Below, piece after piece: positions 10,028-19,311 of a stretch of DNA of 48,391 bases (its first letter is position 1; every line of letters begins with the position of its first letter). Made by a program: the position numbers and the translations under genes. The notes beneath the pieces were generated by a model, which had not been told where the DNA came from, searched no databases, and was given only the letters and a program-made list of their open reading frames with translations. This DNA comes from a virus (taxonomy: Duplodnaviria; Caudoviricetes): positions 1 through 48,391 of the IMG/VR virus record IMGVR_UViG_3300018080_003867; one strand, given 5' to 3'.

Positions 10028-10186
10028 ATGGATCGAATTTCGCTAGCAGTGCTGATTTTAAGCGGGTGTATTGCAGTTTTAGGGGTATTTGCCGAAGTCC
10101 GCAGGCGTACAACTGAGAAACGCAAAACACAAGCTAGACTTAATAAGTGGTTTATAAAATACTCTTCTGAACACTCCCAACAGTAA
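10028..10186 (+). CDS. Small membrane protein (52 aa), not in the ORF track
   Basis: AAGGAG RBS; MDRISLAVLILSGCIAVLGVFAEVRRRTTEKRK..., one hydrophobic helix followed by a basic stretch. Confidence 0.6.
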   Translation: MDRISLAVLILSGCIAVLGVFAEVRRRTTEKRKTQARLNKWFIKYSSEHSQQ

Positions 10187-10198
10187 ACCTTCCTAATT

Positions 10199-11095
10199 AT
10201 GTTTGATGTACTATCCTACCTCGAATCTAGAAGTGTAGAGCATTGGACAAGCGGTAAGAACGTTGCTGAGGGATGGGTAAATATCCGCTGTTTTTATTGT
10301 GATGATTCATCTAACCACCTCGGTATAAACCTAGCTACAGGATTTCATAGTTGCTGGAGGTGTGGGCGTAAAGGGGGACCTGCAAGGCTTATTGTGGCCA
10401 TTGAGCATTGCGGCTATAAAAAGGCCTACCATATCCTTAAATCATTCGAAGGACAAGGATCGCAGGTTTATTACAAGCCGCAGACTATCTGCCCTCCTGA
10501 ATCGTTTGCTTTGCCCTCGACCACCATTGACACGTTGCCTAGTGCTCATAGAGCTTATCTTATTAGTAGAGGGTTTGATCCTGATCAATTGCAGAAAGAA
10601 TATGGTATTAAAGCAACGCTGAACATAGGGCGATATCGACACAGGATTATTATCCCGATTTATTTTGAAGGTGAGCTTGTTAACTTTGTTGCCCGAGACA
10701 TTACGGGCAACTTTGATCAGCGCTACTTGATGCCTCCGACGCATAGCGTGCTAATGCGTCGTGACCAAGTGCTTTACGACATAGATCGTTCTGGTGAATC
10801 TATCGCAATTGTAGAGGGGGTCTTTGATGCGTGGCGTATAGGCAAAGGTGCCATTGCGACGTTCGGAACACGTTTCACCGACGAGCAATGCAACATTTTA
10901 TATCGCAAGAAAGTGCAACGTGCATTCATCATTTTCGATCATGATGCGGCACTCACTCAAGGCCAGCAGATGGCGGAAAAGCTATCTCATATTATCCCAC
11001 ATGTAGAGAACTTAGTCATATCTGAAGGTGACCCTGACACATACTTCTTGAATAATCCCGAGGACTTGAATAGTATTAAATTTTTGTTGGGCTAA
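10199..11095 (+). CDS. DNA primase (Zn finger + TOPRIM)
   Basis: CFYC...CWRC zinc finger, RIIIPI, VEGVFD, FDHD, GDPD. Confidence 0.9.
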   Translation: MFDVLSYLESRSVEHWTSGKNVAEGWVNIRCFYCDDSSNHLGINLATGFHSCWRCGRKGGPARLIVAIEHCGYKKAYHILKSFEGQGSQVYYKPQTICPPESFALPSTTIDTLPSAHRAYLISRGFDPDQLQKEYGIKATLNIGRYRHRIIIPIYFEGELVNFVARDITGNFDQRYLMPPTHSVLMRRDQVLYDIDRSGESIAIVEGVFDAWRIGKGAIATFGTRFTDEQCNILYRKKVQRAFIIFDHDAALTQGQQMAEKLSHIIPHVENLVISEGDPDTYFLNNPEDLNSIKFLLG

Positions 11096-11108
11096 TCATA
11101 ATTTAATC

Positions 11109-11137
11109 TTGAGTCCTTTTGCATTCTGATATTTAAT
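11109..11137 (+). promoter_or_regulatory. Possible sigma70-like promoter
   Basis: TTGAGT-N17-TTTAAT in the gap before the 11.3 kb ORF. Confidence 0.35.
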
Positions 11138-11284
11138 AGCCTCACAATTCGACTATCTGTTTTTATTTCACAGCAACCAAAAATTGAATGTGGCTAGCGT
11201 AAGCTCTCTTTAGAGCTGCGAACAGATATTTACATCCGATGGGAAACATAGTAATGGCCAGATTATGTTATGGAAGGAGGTAAA

Positions 11285-12919
11285 GTGACACAAGCACAGC
11301 ACGTTCAACCTATCGTAAACCACCTAGAAGACATAACCTGTATTGTCGATAAAACCCAAGAATGCCTAGAAAGCCTTTCTAGAGGTGCGGGGAGCGTCAT
11401 TGTCCACAAGGACGCGAATTACGAGGTCATTAACACAGCCGCGTTAAATGACCCTAAGCTCAGCTACAAGGCAGTAGGTCTGCATTACTACATGCAAACC
11501 TTAATGGATAAAAAACACATCGGCAAAAGAGATCTCATGACTGCGCATACAGATCGCAAGGACAGCGTAACTAGTGGTATGCGGGAACTCATACGCAATA
11601 AGTACCTGTACAAGGTACGTATCACTACGGGTAGAGGCACGATAGCTGGCGTAGTCTACGTTAGCTGCGCAGTACCTACACTAATAGACGAAGTTAAACT
11701 ACAAAAGGGTATGAGTGCTAGGTATAGGGAGCTTACAGAAGTGCGAGCAGCTAGCACTATAGACTGTGATGTGTACAACAACTTGTGGGACAAGGTTAGG
11801 AAAAAAACAGCCCTAAAAAACACCGAATCCTCCCCCACGTGCGCCTCCAAAAATGCACCCAAAGGCCGAACATATAAAATCTACAAAAAGGCGAGAAAGT
11901 ATAATAAAAACAAACCACTGTCTGGTAGCCCGCCTAGTGAAGATATCCCACAAACACCAAAAAATGAGGGTTTTCAGGAAAAAGCTGAACAAAATCAGAC
12001 CACTGTCGGTAAAGGCGACCATGGTTCCTCAAAAAGACATCATACTAGTAAGCTATCGGGTAAACATACACTATCATCAGCAACTGAATTCAAAGACAAC
12101 TTTCCCTTAATCAATTCCGCTATCGCTACATCGATTAAGAAAAAGTTGTCTGGGCAATCAAGCGATTGCCATACGACTAAGCTGGAAAGCAAATTTGATA
12201 GGAACATTATGAAACCCATATTTGATACATGGAGGCAGCAAACTAAACTCCCTACTCATCATATAGACCCTACCACTAAGTTATTTATACGTACTAGAGT
12301 ATTAGTACATAAATGCCTACTTGGCAAAGGGCACCCTACTAAACACTCTGTAAGGGATATTAAAGAAGCTATAATTAACTATGGTTGGATCACCGATCAA
12401 CCGTATACTGTGTTTAGAACAAAACATCGGCCTATGGTTGTTAGCATTGACGAATTTTTTAAGTTTTCAGACTATTCTAAAAATATAATTGCGGATAAAA
12501 ATCATCCCCTACATAATGCAACGAGTTGGTTTGATGAATCAAAGAAAGGCAAGACCTATCTGATTGAGAAATACTCCGCGCGCAAAAAAGATTGCCGTCC
12601 CAAATTAACCGAATTGCTTACAGAACTGCTCTTAAAAAGTGACGTTTTGGGGTTTTCCGACGCGCACTATTTGAAAAATATTGACACCAACACATTAATC
12701 GGCGTATCAGATCAACTTTACTCATTTGTTACTGAACATGATTACATGCCTCATTGTTCTGAGGTTTACGTAAAAACTATTGAGTGTATGATCCACCTAT
12801 TAGAGGAGGATAAAGAACGTTTACAGAAAGATATTCATGTTGGGTTTATGACTAGCGAGGTTTACTGGCAACGACTTGAGCAACTTATGATTCACCGGGG
12901 GGTATTACGCACGCGATGA
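11285..12919 (+). CDS. Putative replication initiator/replisome organiser with N-terminal HTH
   Basis: NYEVINTAALNDPKLSYKAVGLHYYM...MRELIRNKYL resembles phage initiator wHTH domains; lies between primase and helicase; GTG start after GGAGG chosen. Confidence 0.55.
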   Translation: MTQAQHVQPIVNHLEDITCIVDKTQECLESLSRGAGSVIVHKDANYEVINTAALNDPKLSYKAVGLHYYMQTLMDKKHIGKRDLMTAHTDRKDSVTSGMRELIRNKYLYKVRITTGRGTIAGVVYVSCAVPTLIDEVKLQKGMSARYRELTEVRAASTIDCDVYNNLWDKVRKKTALKNTESSPTCASKNAPKGRTYKIYKKARKYNKNKPLSGSPPSEDIPQTPKNEGFQEKAEQNQTTVGKGDHGSSKRHHTSKLSGKHTLSSATEFKDNFPLINSAIATSIKKKLSGQSSDCHTTKLESKFDRNIMKPIFDTWRQQTKLPTHHIDPTTKLFIRTRVLVHKCLLGKGHPTKHSVRDIKEAIINYGWITDQPYTVFRTKHRPMVVSIDEFFKFSDYSKNIIADKNHPLHNATSWFDESKKGKTYLIEKYSARKKDCRPKLTELLTELLLKSDVLGFSDAHYLKNIDTNTLIGVSDQLYSFVTEHDYMPHCSEVYVKTIECMIHLLEEDKERLQKDIHVGFMTSEVYWQRLEQLMIHRGVLRTR

Positions 12920-12931
12920 TTTGGGGGTAAA

Positions 12932-14470
12932 ATGGCTTTGAGGCGCACACGTATTAACGCAGATATTGAAAATGAAATTCTAACAGCACTGATTACAAAT
13001 TCACAGTTTATTAGCAAAGTTTGCAAGATGTATAAGGAGGATTATTTTAGCGATTATGGGCGTATCTTGTGCAAATGGGTTTTTGATTACTGGAATACGT
13101 ATCAAGAGGCCCCAGGAAAGAATATTGATACGATTTATAGTTTTGAAAAGGAGTCTCTAAAACCAGCCATTGCAGAATCTATTGAAGCCTACCTTGAGAC
13201 TTTGAGCAACGCCTACACGGGTGACGATCTTAATGTAAATTACATGGTAGAAAAAGCTCGTGTGTACTTTAGGCGAAAAGCTTACGAACGGCTGTTTGAT
13301 ACGGGGAAAAACTTAATGTCACTTGGGCGTGTTGAAAACGCTGTCAAGGTCCTTGGGGAATTTATAGATGTTGCGGGAACAACAAACAATTGGTGTAACC
13401 CATTTGATTCATCTTACGTAACAGATTACCTTTTTGATTTGGAGGAGGCCACAAACGTACTTTTTCGTCTTAAGGGGGCGCTAGGTGATTTAGTTGGTCC
13501 TTTAGAAAGAGGCTGGCTAGTGGCTATTTTGGGACCAATGAAGCGGGGAAAGAGCTACTGGCTACAGGAGATCTTGTTTCAAGCTGCAGTCCATAAAAAG
13601 CGAGTAGCCTATATTAATTTAGAAATGTTACCTCATGGTGTGAGTGGGCGGCTTTTCTCACGATTATTAGGGGTTGGTTTATCTACCCCTGAAAGAGTAC
13701 GCTATCCTATTTTTGATTGCAGACACAATCAGCGCGATACATGCCCTGTCAGCAAATTTAGACAAAATGATATTGCTTTAGTCTCGGGTGAGGATTACAG
13801 ATTGCCGAAGTGGGACACTCCGGGCTTAGGGGATTATCGGGCATGCTCGGTATGTAGAGAAAGTGATGAGCTAAAAAGATACTACGTTCCTGAAGTATGG
13901 TACACCTGGTTTACGCCGAAAAGAGAATTCAGTAGACACTCACTGACACGAAATGTACGCCAATTTACGAGACACTATGGCGACCGTATTAGACAGCTAA
14001 CCTATCCCCCGCTATCAGCAACATTTGAAAGGATTAAACAAGATCTAGATGAACTGGAATGGTCAGAAGGTTTTATACCTGACATTGTTGTGGTGGACTA
14101 TGCTGACGTTGTCGCGCCTCCTAACGAGCATATGAATGAGTACGAGCATGCGAATATGCTGTGGCTGAAAATGAAAGCTGCGGCTATCGAGAAAAAACAA
14201 CTCTGGGTTACGGGTAGTCAGACAAATCGTCAAGGATTAGAAAAGGAACTTGTTTCACAAAAAGATACGAGTGGTAATATTCGAAAGCTAGCACATGTTG
14301 ATGTTATGCTAGCTATAAATCAAACTGAAGAAGAGAAAGAGGATTTAATAATGCGCATAACGTGCCTAGTACATAGACATAGAGAATCTAGCCAGCTACG
14401 GCAGGTTCTTATTTTATCGCAATTGGCCTTGGGTATGCCGTACATTGATTCAGAGCTCTGCACATATTAA
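12932..14470 (+). CDS. DnaB-like replicative helicase
   Basis: GPMKRGKS (Walker A), INLEM, IVVVDYAD (Walker B), TGSQTNR. Confidence 0.85.
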   Translation: MALRRTRINADIENEILTALITNSQFISKVCKMYKEDYFSDYGRILCKWVFDYWNTYQEAPGKNIDTIYSFEKESLKPAIAESIEAYLETLSNAYTGDDLNVNYMVEKARVYFRRKAYERLFDTGKNLMSLGRVENAVKVLGEFIDVAGTTNNWCNPFDSSYVTDYLFDLEEATNVLFRLKGALGDLVGPLERGWLVAILGPMKRGKSYWLQEILFQAAVHKKRVAYINLEMLPHGVSGRLFSRLLGVGLSTPERVRYPIFDCRHNQRDTCPVSKFRQNDIALVSGEDYRLPKWDTPGLGDYRACSVCRESDELKRYYVPEVWYTWFTPKREFSRHSLTRNVRQFTRHYGDRIRQLTYPPLSATFERIKQDLDELEWSEGFIPDIVVVDYADVVAPPNEHMNEYEHANMLWLKMKAAAIEKKQLWVTGSQTNRQGLEKELVSQKDTSGNIRKLAHVDVMLAINQTEEEKEDLIMRITCLVHRHRESSQLRQVLILSQLALGMPYIDSELCTY

Positions 14471-14480
14471 CCTTTTGTAA

Positions 14481-14553
14481 AAATCAAAACAGCACTGGAC
14501 AAATCGCTAGAATGTGGGATATAGGGGCGATAGCTGGGGAGCTGTTTTGATTT
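14481..14553. repeat. 13-bp perfect inverted repeat with a 47-bp spacer
   Basis: AAATCAAAACAGC (14481-14493) and GCTGTTTTGATTT (14541-14553). Confidence 0.8.
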
Positions 14554-14576
14554 AACTTATGGGATAAGAGGTTACT

Positions 14577-15368
14577 ATGTTTGTTGCGTATGAAAATATT
14601 GTTCATGGTGAGATCCGTAAGATGATTAAAGAGCTCAACCGCAGTGGGCTGCTTAAGAAACGAATCATGTTGATCCCAAAAATGACAAAAAACCAGCTAG
14701 CCACGGCATTCATTCAGGGCATCCAACAGTGCTATGATGATGGTAATCTAGACTATGTGTCAGATGAAATCTATGATTACTACCTATCCATCGTAAGGCC
14801 GGATAAGAAACAACCACAAGAGCCACAGCCAGAAGTGGCAGAGCCTCCACAGAAGCCTGAGAAACCAAAAGGTAGGGGTAAGAGGGCACCCTCCCCTACC
14901 AAAAAGGCTTCAAGCTTATCTGAGAACGCCAAAGTAGCTGCGACTAAGAAAAAAAGGGGACGCCCAAAAAAGAAGTCTGCGGTGAAAAAAACCAAACCGG
15001 TCACAAAAAAGACTAGGGGCCGCAAGAAAGTAACTAAGAAGGCAACGATTGTCAAAAAGAAATCTGCGACCCCACGGGTTAAACGCGGGCCGGGCAGGCC
15101 GCGAAAACACCCAAAAGTAAAAAAACCAGCTAGCCAGAGTATAAAACGATCTGCGGAAACTACAGGGCACACCAGAGCCGGTGTTTACGCACGTATCGTG
15201 CAAGATAAAAAACCGCGAACAAAACAAGAGATCGTGGCAGAAATGGCTAAGCTCTATAAGGGCAGTAGGCAAGAGGCTGTTTACTGGGTAGGAGGTTACA
15301 ATGGGCTGTTAATTGCCTTAGGAAAAATGGTCAAACGCGCTGATGGTATGTTTGTGTATAAGGGTTAG
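14577..15368 (+). CDS. Basic histone H1-like/AT-hook DNA-binding protein
   Basis: Lys/Arg/Pro-rich middle region with AT-hook-like KKRGRPKK and RGPGRPRKHP, flanked by globular domains. Confidence 0.65.
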   Translation: MFVAYENIVHGEIRKMIKELNRSGLLKKRIMLIPKMTKNQLATAFIQGIQQCYDDGNLDYVSDEIYDYYLSIVRPDKKQPQEPQPEVAEPPQKPEKPKGRGKRAPSPTKKASSLSENAKVAATKKKRGRPKKKSAVKKTKPVTKKTRGRKKVTKKATIVKKKSATPRVKRGPGRPRKHPKVKKPASQSIKRSAETTGHTRAGVYARIVQDKKPRTKQEIVAEMAKLYKGSRQEAVYWVGGYNGLLIALGKMVKRADGMFVYKG

Positions 15369-15481
15369 TTTAGTGAAATCAATTGGTTACAAAATAACGA
15401 CAAATAATGAAAAAAGGACTTGCGTTGATTGGGCAAGTAGGATAGTGAAGGACTTACATTTTACATCCAATCATAACAGCT

Positions 15482-15533
15482 ATTAGGCCGAACCCCAAAA
15501 AGGTTCGGCCTAATGGTTTGTGCCCTTTTTTTA
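15482..15533 (+). terminator. Strong hairpin, possible terminator
   Basis: ATTAGGCCGAACC-N7-GGTTCGGCCTAAT perfect 13-bp stem; the T-run follows about 11 nt later. Confidence 0.55.
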
Positions 15534-15561
15534 TTTCAAAACAGTTTAGCTAGGTGTTGCT

Positions 15562-16596
15562 ATGATAATTAATCGTGATGCGTTGCTGGAGGTGTGCAGC
15601 AAACTTTTGCCTATCGCCAAAACAGGAATTGATGGGGGGATTGTGTTTATGGAGGACGATATTGTAGGGTTTAATCAACATTTGTTGATAGCTATCCCCT
15701 TTAAGACGGGCATCCTAGGAGGGGCACCTACTCAGGATTTGGTAGCGATCCTTAAAAAAATGAGGCCGGGGGAAATTCAACTGGAGGCTGATTCAGAGCA
15801 GATTACTGTTAACAGTTCTGATTTGCGACTATCTCTAAAATACGATCATGATGATTACCGTATAGAGTCTATCGAAAATCTACTGCATACTGTTGATGCG
15901 TGTGATGAGTGGTTTGGTTTTGAAAGTTACGCTAGTTTTGCTAATGCACTCGATTTATGCCAGCAAAATGCTGCGAATATATTTTATAGTGCGCTAAATT
16001 ATGTTGGGCTATTTGAAAACACGATGATGGGGGGTAATGATTTTGTGATTAGCCGCTATCATAGCCCGGAGTATTTTGAAACGCGAGTATTATTAGATGT
16101 GCAGCAATGCAAAGAGATTGTCAAATACGATTTTAATCAATATGCCTGCAATGAGGACTACATGACGTTTTCGGCCCCTGACGGTAGTGTAATCATTGCA
16201 GCAAATCACCAACATATTTTTGCTGATGAAAAATACCCGGACATAGATTCTTTTTTTGATTTCCCAGGCCATAAAGTTAATCTGCCTGAAGACCTGAGCG
16301 AACACATTAATAGGGTGCAAAGTATGGCAGTAGGAAAGAGCAAAATAGAGCGTATGGTCATGATCACGTTATGTGCGGGATCAATTAAAATTAGGGCTGA
16401 AAAGGAGGTGGGCATTGCGGAAGTATTTTGTGAGGCGCCCAATCTTAAAGTCAAAGGGGAATTATCTTTTGTGATCAATCCGCTTTATTTTAGCAAAGCG
16501 TTAAAAGTATCAGATCACATAGCCATATTGGGTGAGACATGCATTAAACTAAAGCAGGGGGCATTCAGCACTTTACTAAGTATTCACAGGATGTAA
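15562..16596 (+). CDS. DNA sliding clamp (DnaN beta-like)
   Basis: N-terminal MIINRDALLEVC, KYPDIDSFF, C-terminal FVINPLYFSKAL; 344 aa; adjacent to the polymerase and clamp loader. Confidence 0.7.
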   Translation: MIINRDALLEVCSKLLPIAKTGIDGGIVFMEDDIVGFNQHLLIAIPFKTGILGGAPTQDLVAILKKMRPGEIQLEADSEQITVNSSDLRLSLKYDHDDYRIESIENLLHTVDACDEWFGFESYASFANALDLCQQNAANIFYSALNYVGLFENTMMGGNDFVISRYHSPEYFETRVLLDVQQCKEIVKYDFNQYACNEDYMTFSAPDGSVIIAANHQHIFADEKYPDIDSFFDFPGHKVNLPEDLSEHINRVQSMAVGKSKIERMVMITLCAGSIKIRAEKEVGIAEVFCEAPNLKVKGELSFVINPLYFSKALKVSDHIAILGETCIKLKQGAFSTLLSIHRM

Positions 16597-16618
16597 TATG
16601 GTGCGGTAAAGGTGATAA

Positions 16619-19306
16619 ATGGCAATTCGAGGTTTTTTTTCTGGCAAAACCCCCCGAGAAATTGTAGCTGAAATTAATAGCCCTTGTGAAAAATGCAAGC
16701 TCTATGAAGGTGTGAGTTCCCCCAAAATGGAGGCGAGCGGGGGAGGGAATAAAGGCATTTTGATTGTAGGTGAGGCGCCGGGTGTAACTGAAGATGAGCA
16801 AGGGGTTCAGTTTATAGGTGAGTCAGGTCAGTTGCTAGAAAGAGAGCTTAAAGAGTATGGGATATCGTTGCATGATGATTGCCGATTAATTAATGCGGTA
16901 AATTGCAGGCCTCCAGCTAATAGAACACCCACTTTAAAGGAAATTCAGTGCTGCAGACCAAAAGTAAACGCAGCAATAAAAGCGTTTAAGCCTAGGTTTA
17001 TCTGGCTTTTGGGAAAATCTGCAATACAGAGTTTTTATGGAGGCAGGTTTAGTCAAACAGAAGTCTTTAGGTGGGAACGGCTATGTGTTCCTGATAAGGC
17101 AACGAATGCTTGGGTGATCCCGATGTATCACCCGAGTTTCGCTTTGAGAGCTCTTTACGATGAAAACAGGCTTAGTTTTTATAGGAGGGGATTAAAGTTT
17201 GCAGCAAGCTGCTTAAAAAAAGACTCACCAAAGTTTCGTGATCCCAAACAGCACATTGAGATTTTAACCAGGTATGAGGATGTAGTAAAGTATTTAGGGG
17301 GTTTACTGCATAGGGCTAAAGCGGGAATGTTCCCCTTGGCGTTTGACTATGAAGCGAGCAGTCTTAAGCCTTACAGAAGCGCAGATCAATGTATTTGGTC
17401 TTGTGCGATGTGTAGCGATGAAAACAAGGCCTATGCGTTTCCAGTCAGCTATTCAGGTCATTTTAACCAAGATCAACAAAAGGCTATTTTGGGGTTGTTA
17501 TCCCATATAATGATGCATCCAAATATTAAAAAAGTAGCACACAATTTGCAGTTTGAGGATTTGTGGACTCGAGCTATTGTAGGCACAACGGTTAAAAACT
17601 GGCATTGGTGCACAATGAACGCTGCACATGTGTTAGATTGTCGCGAAAAATTCTGCGGATTGAAATTTCAGGCCTATATTAACTTTGGGATTGAGGGGTA
17701 TGAAAAGGAACTTACGCCCTATATGACACAAATGCATGAAGGTGCGCAGCTTAACAAATTGGATATGGTTCCCTTATCAAAATTGCTGACATACAATGCT
17801 ATTGATGCTTTAGTGACCTACTGGCTTTATTGTAAGCAGTATGGGATACTATCGCGAAAATACGACAAGCGTTTTAATGCATACCAGATTATTACCCTGC
17901 CTGGAATTCAGGCTCTAAATGATGCTACAGTGCGCGGTATTCGTATGGACACAGCCTATTATGATGACACAAAACAAGCACTGGCTGAACAACTGGCGTA
18001 TTATGAAAGACTGCTTACTAGGGGGGATGTAGCATTAGCTTTTAGAAAACTAACAAATAGGCCTTTAAAGGTTGCCAAAAAGGATTTTAGCAAAAAAGAC
18101 TTACACACTGTTATTTATGATGTGCTTAAAGTAGCCCACACTAAATTAACAGCAACCGGACAAAAAGCTCTAGACCACGAAGTTTTAGAGTCTATCGATA
18201 ACCCGTGGACCAAAAACCTAGTGCGCAGAAGAAAGCTTTATAAGCTAATCCATACCTATCTGGCACAATTTACGCGGGAAATCGATCCACAAGGTTTGAT
18301 GCATCCTTTGTTTTATTTGCACACAACGCGAACCTACCGCGGAAGTAGCGCAGATCCCAATTTCCAAAACATCCCTAACAGAGATGAGGAGGGCAAGGCC
18401 GCGACTCGGAAAGGCATCATGCCTCGTAACGGCTGGCGCATTGTAACGGCTGATTATGGTAGCCAGGAAGTTAGGGTAGCCGCTATTTTGAGTCAAGATG
18501 AAAAACTGATGTGGTATTGCTCGCAAGATGACAGCGATATGCATCTAGATATTGGTTCGCAGATTTGGGTAGTAGACCCTGATTTGATCACAAAAACGAT
18601 TCGCTTTCATATAAAGGGGGGTTTTGTTTTTGCGCAGATTTACGGAAGCTATTATCTGCCATGCGCCCAGAAACTATGGGATACATGCATTAATTTAGAG
18701 CTCAAAAACGGTACGACAATGCATGACCATTTAGTTGATATTGGTGTGCTTTCAGGGAGCAAAACCCGAAAAACCAAAATGAAGTTGCGTGGAAAATTGC
18801 AGACCACAACATACCATTTTAAGCAATTTGTTGACCATGTGCAATCTATTGAGACGTGGTTTTGGGAGCAATTTAAAGGTTTACGTGACTGGCAGAACAG
18901 GATGGTAAAGGTCTACCAAAAGCATGGTTGGGTTGAGATGCCCTTTGGTTTTCGCAGAACGGGTTTGCTAAGCAATAACAAAATTTTCAATTCTGCAGTA
19001 CAAGGAACGGCTTTTCACTTGCTAATGTGGTCTTATATTGAACTAAACAAGATGTGTAGGTCTAAGTGGGATACTGATTTAATGGGACAAATCCACGATG
19101 AAATCCTTTACGATCTAAATCCCGATGAATTGCATGATGTGCTAGACATGACTCAATATATAATGCAGGATAAGATCCGCGAACGTTTTGATTGGGTGAA
19201 TGTTCCACTAATTGTCGAACCTGAAGGAACGGACGTTGACCAGGCCTGGTATTACAAAAGACCTTTGGCACGAAATGAAAACGGCTATTGGGAGTATGTG
19301 GAGTAA
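16619..19306 (+). CDS. Family A DNA polymerase with N-terminal family-4 uracil-DNA glycosylase domain and 3'-5' exonuclease
   Basis: UDG: CEKC, GEAPG, CRPPANRTP, YHPS. Exonuclease: FDYE, AHN, YNAID. Polymerase: DPNFQNIP, ADYGSQEVR, NSAVQG, QIHDE. Confidence 0.93.
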   Translation: MAIRGFFSGKTPREIVAEINSPCEKCKLYEGVSSPKMEASGGGNKGILIVGEAPGVTEDEQGVQFIGESGQLLERELKEYGISLHDDCRLINAVNCRPPANRTPTLKEIQCCRPKVNAAIKAFKPRFIWLLGKSAIQSFYGGRFSQTEVFRWERLCVPDKATNAWVIPMYHPSFALRALYDENRLSFYRRGLKFAASCLKKDSPKFRDPKQHIEILTRYEDVVKYLGGLLHRAKAGMFPLAFDYEASSLKPYRSADQCIWSCAMCSDENKAYAFPVSYSGHFNQDQQKAILGLLSHIMMHPNIKKVAHNLQFEDLWTRAIVGTTVKNWHWCTMNAAHVLDCREKFCGLKFQAYINFGIEGYEKELTPYMTQMHEGAQLNKLDMVPLSKLLTYNAIDALVTYWLYCKQYGILSRKYDKRFNAYQIITLPGIQALNDATVRGIRMDTAYYDDTKQALAEQLAYYERLLTRGDVALAFRKLTNRPLKVAKKDFSKKDLHTVIYDVLKVAHTKLTATGQKALDHEVLESIDNPWTKNLVRRRKLYKLIHTYLAQFTREIDPQGLMHPLFYLHTTRTYRGSSADPNFQNIPNRDEEGKAATRKGIMPRNGWRIVTADYGSQEVRVAAILSQDEKLMWYCSQDDSDMHLDIGSQIWVVDPDLITKTIRFHIKGGFVFAQIYGSYYLPCAQKLWDTCINLELKNGTTMHDHLVDIGVLSGSKTRKTKMKLRGKLQTTTYHFKQFVDHVQSIETWFWEQFKGLRDWQNRMVKVYQKHGWVEMPFGFRRTGLLSNNKIFNSAVQGTAFHLLMWSYIELNKMCRSKWDTDLMGQIHDEILYDLNPDELHDVLDMTQYIMQDKIRERFDWVNVPLIVEPEGTDVDQAWYYKRPLARNENGYWEYVE

Positions 19307-19311
19307 TAAAA

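Noticed and set aside
13700-13910. Possible intein in the DnaB-like helicase
   Set aside because: Too short and lacks a C-terminal HN-C/S/T junction or LAGLIDADG blocks
14780-15272. Hydrophobic Phe-rich minus-strand ORFs
   Set aside because: Antisense shadows of the Lys-rich H1-like gene
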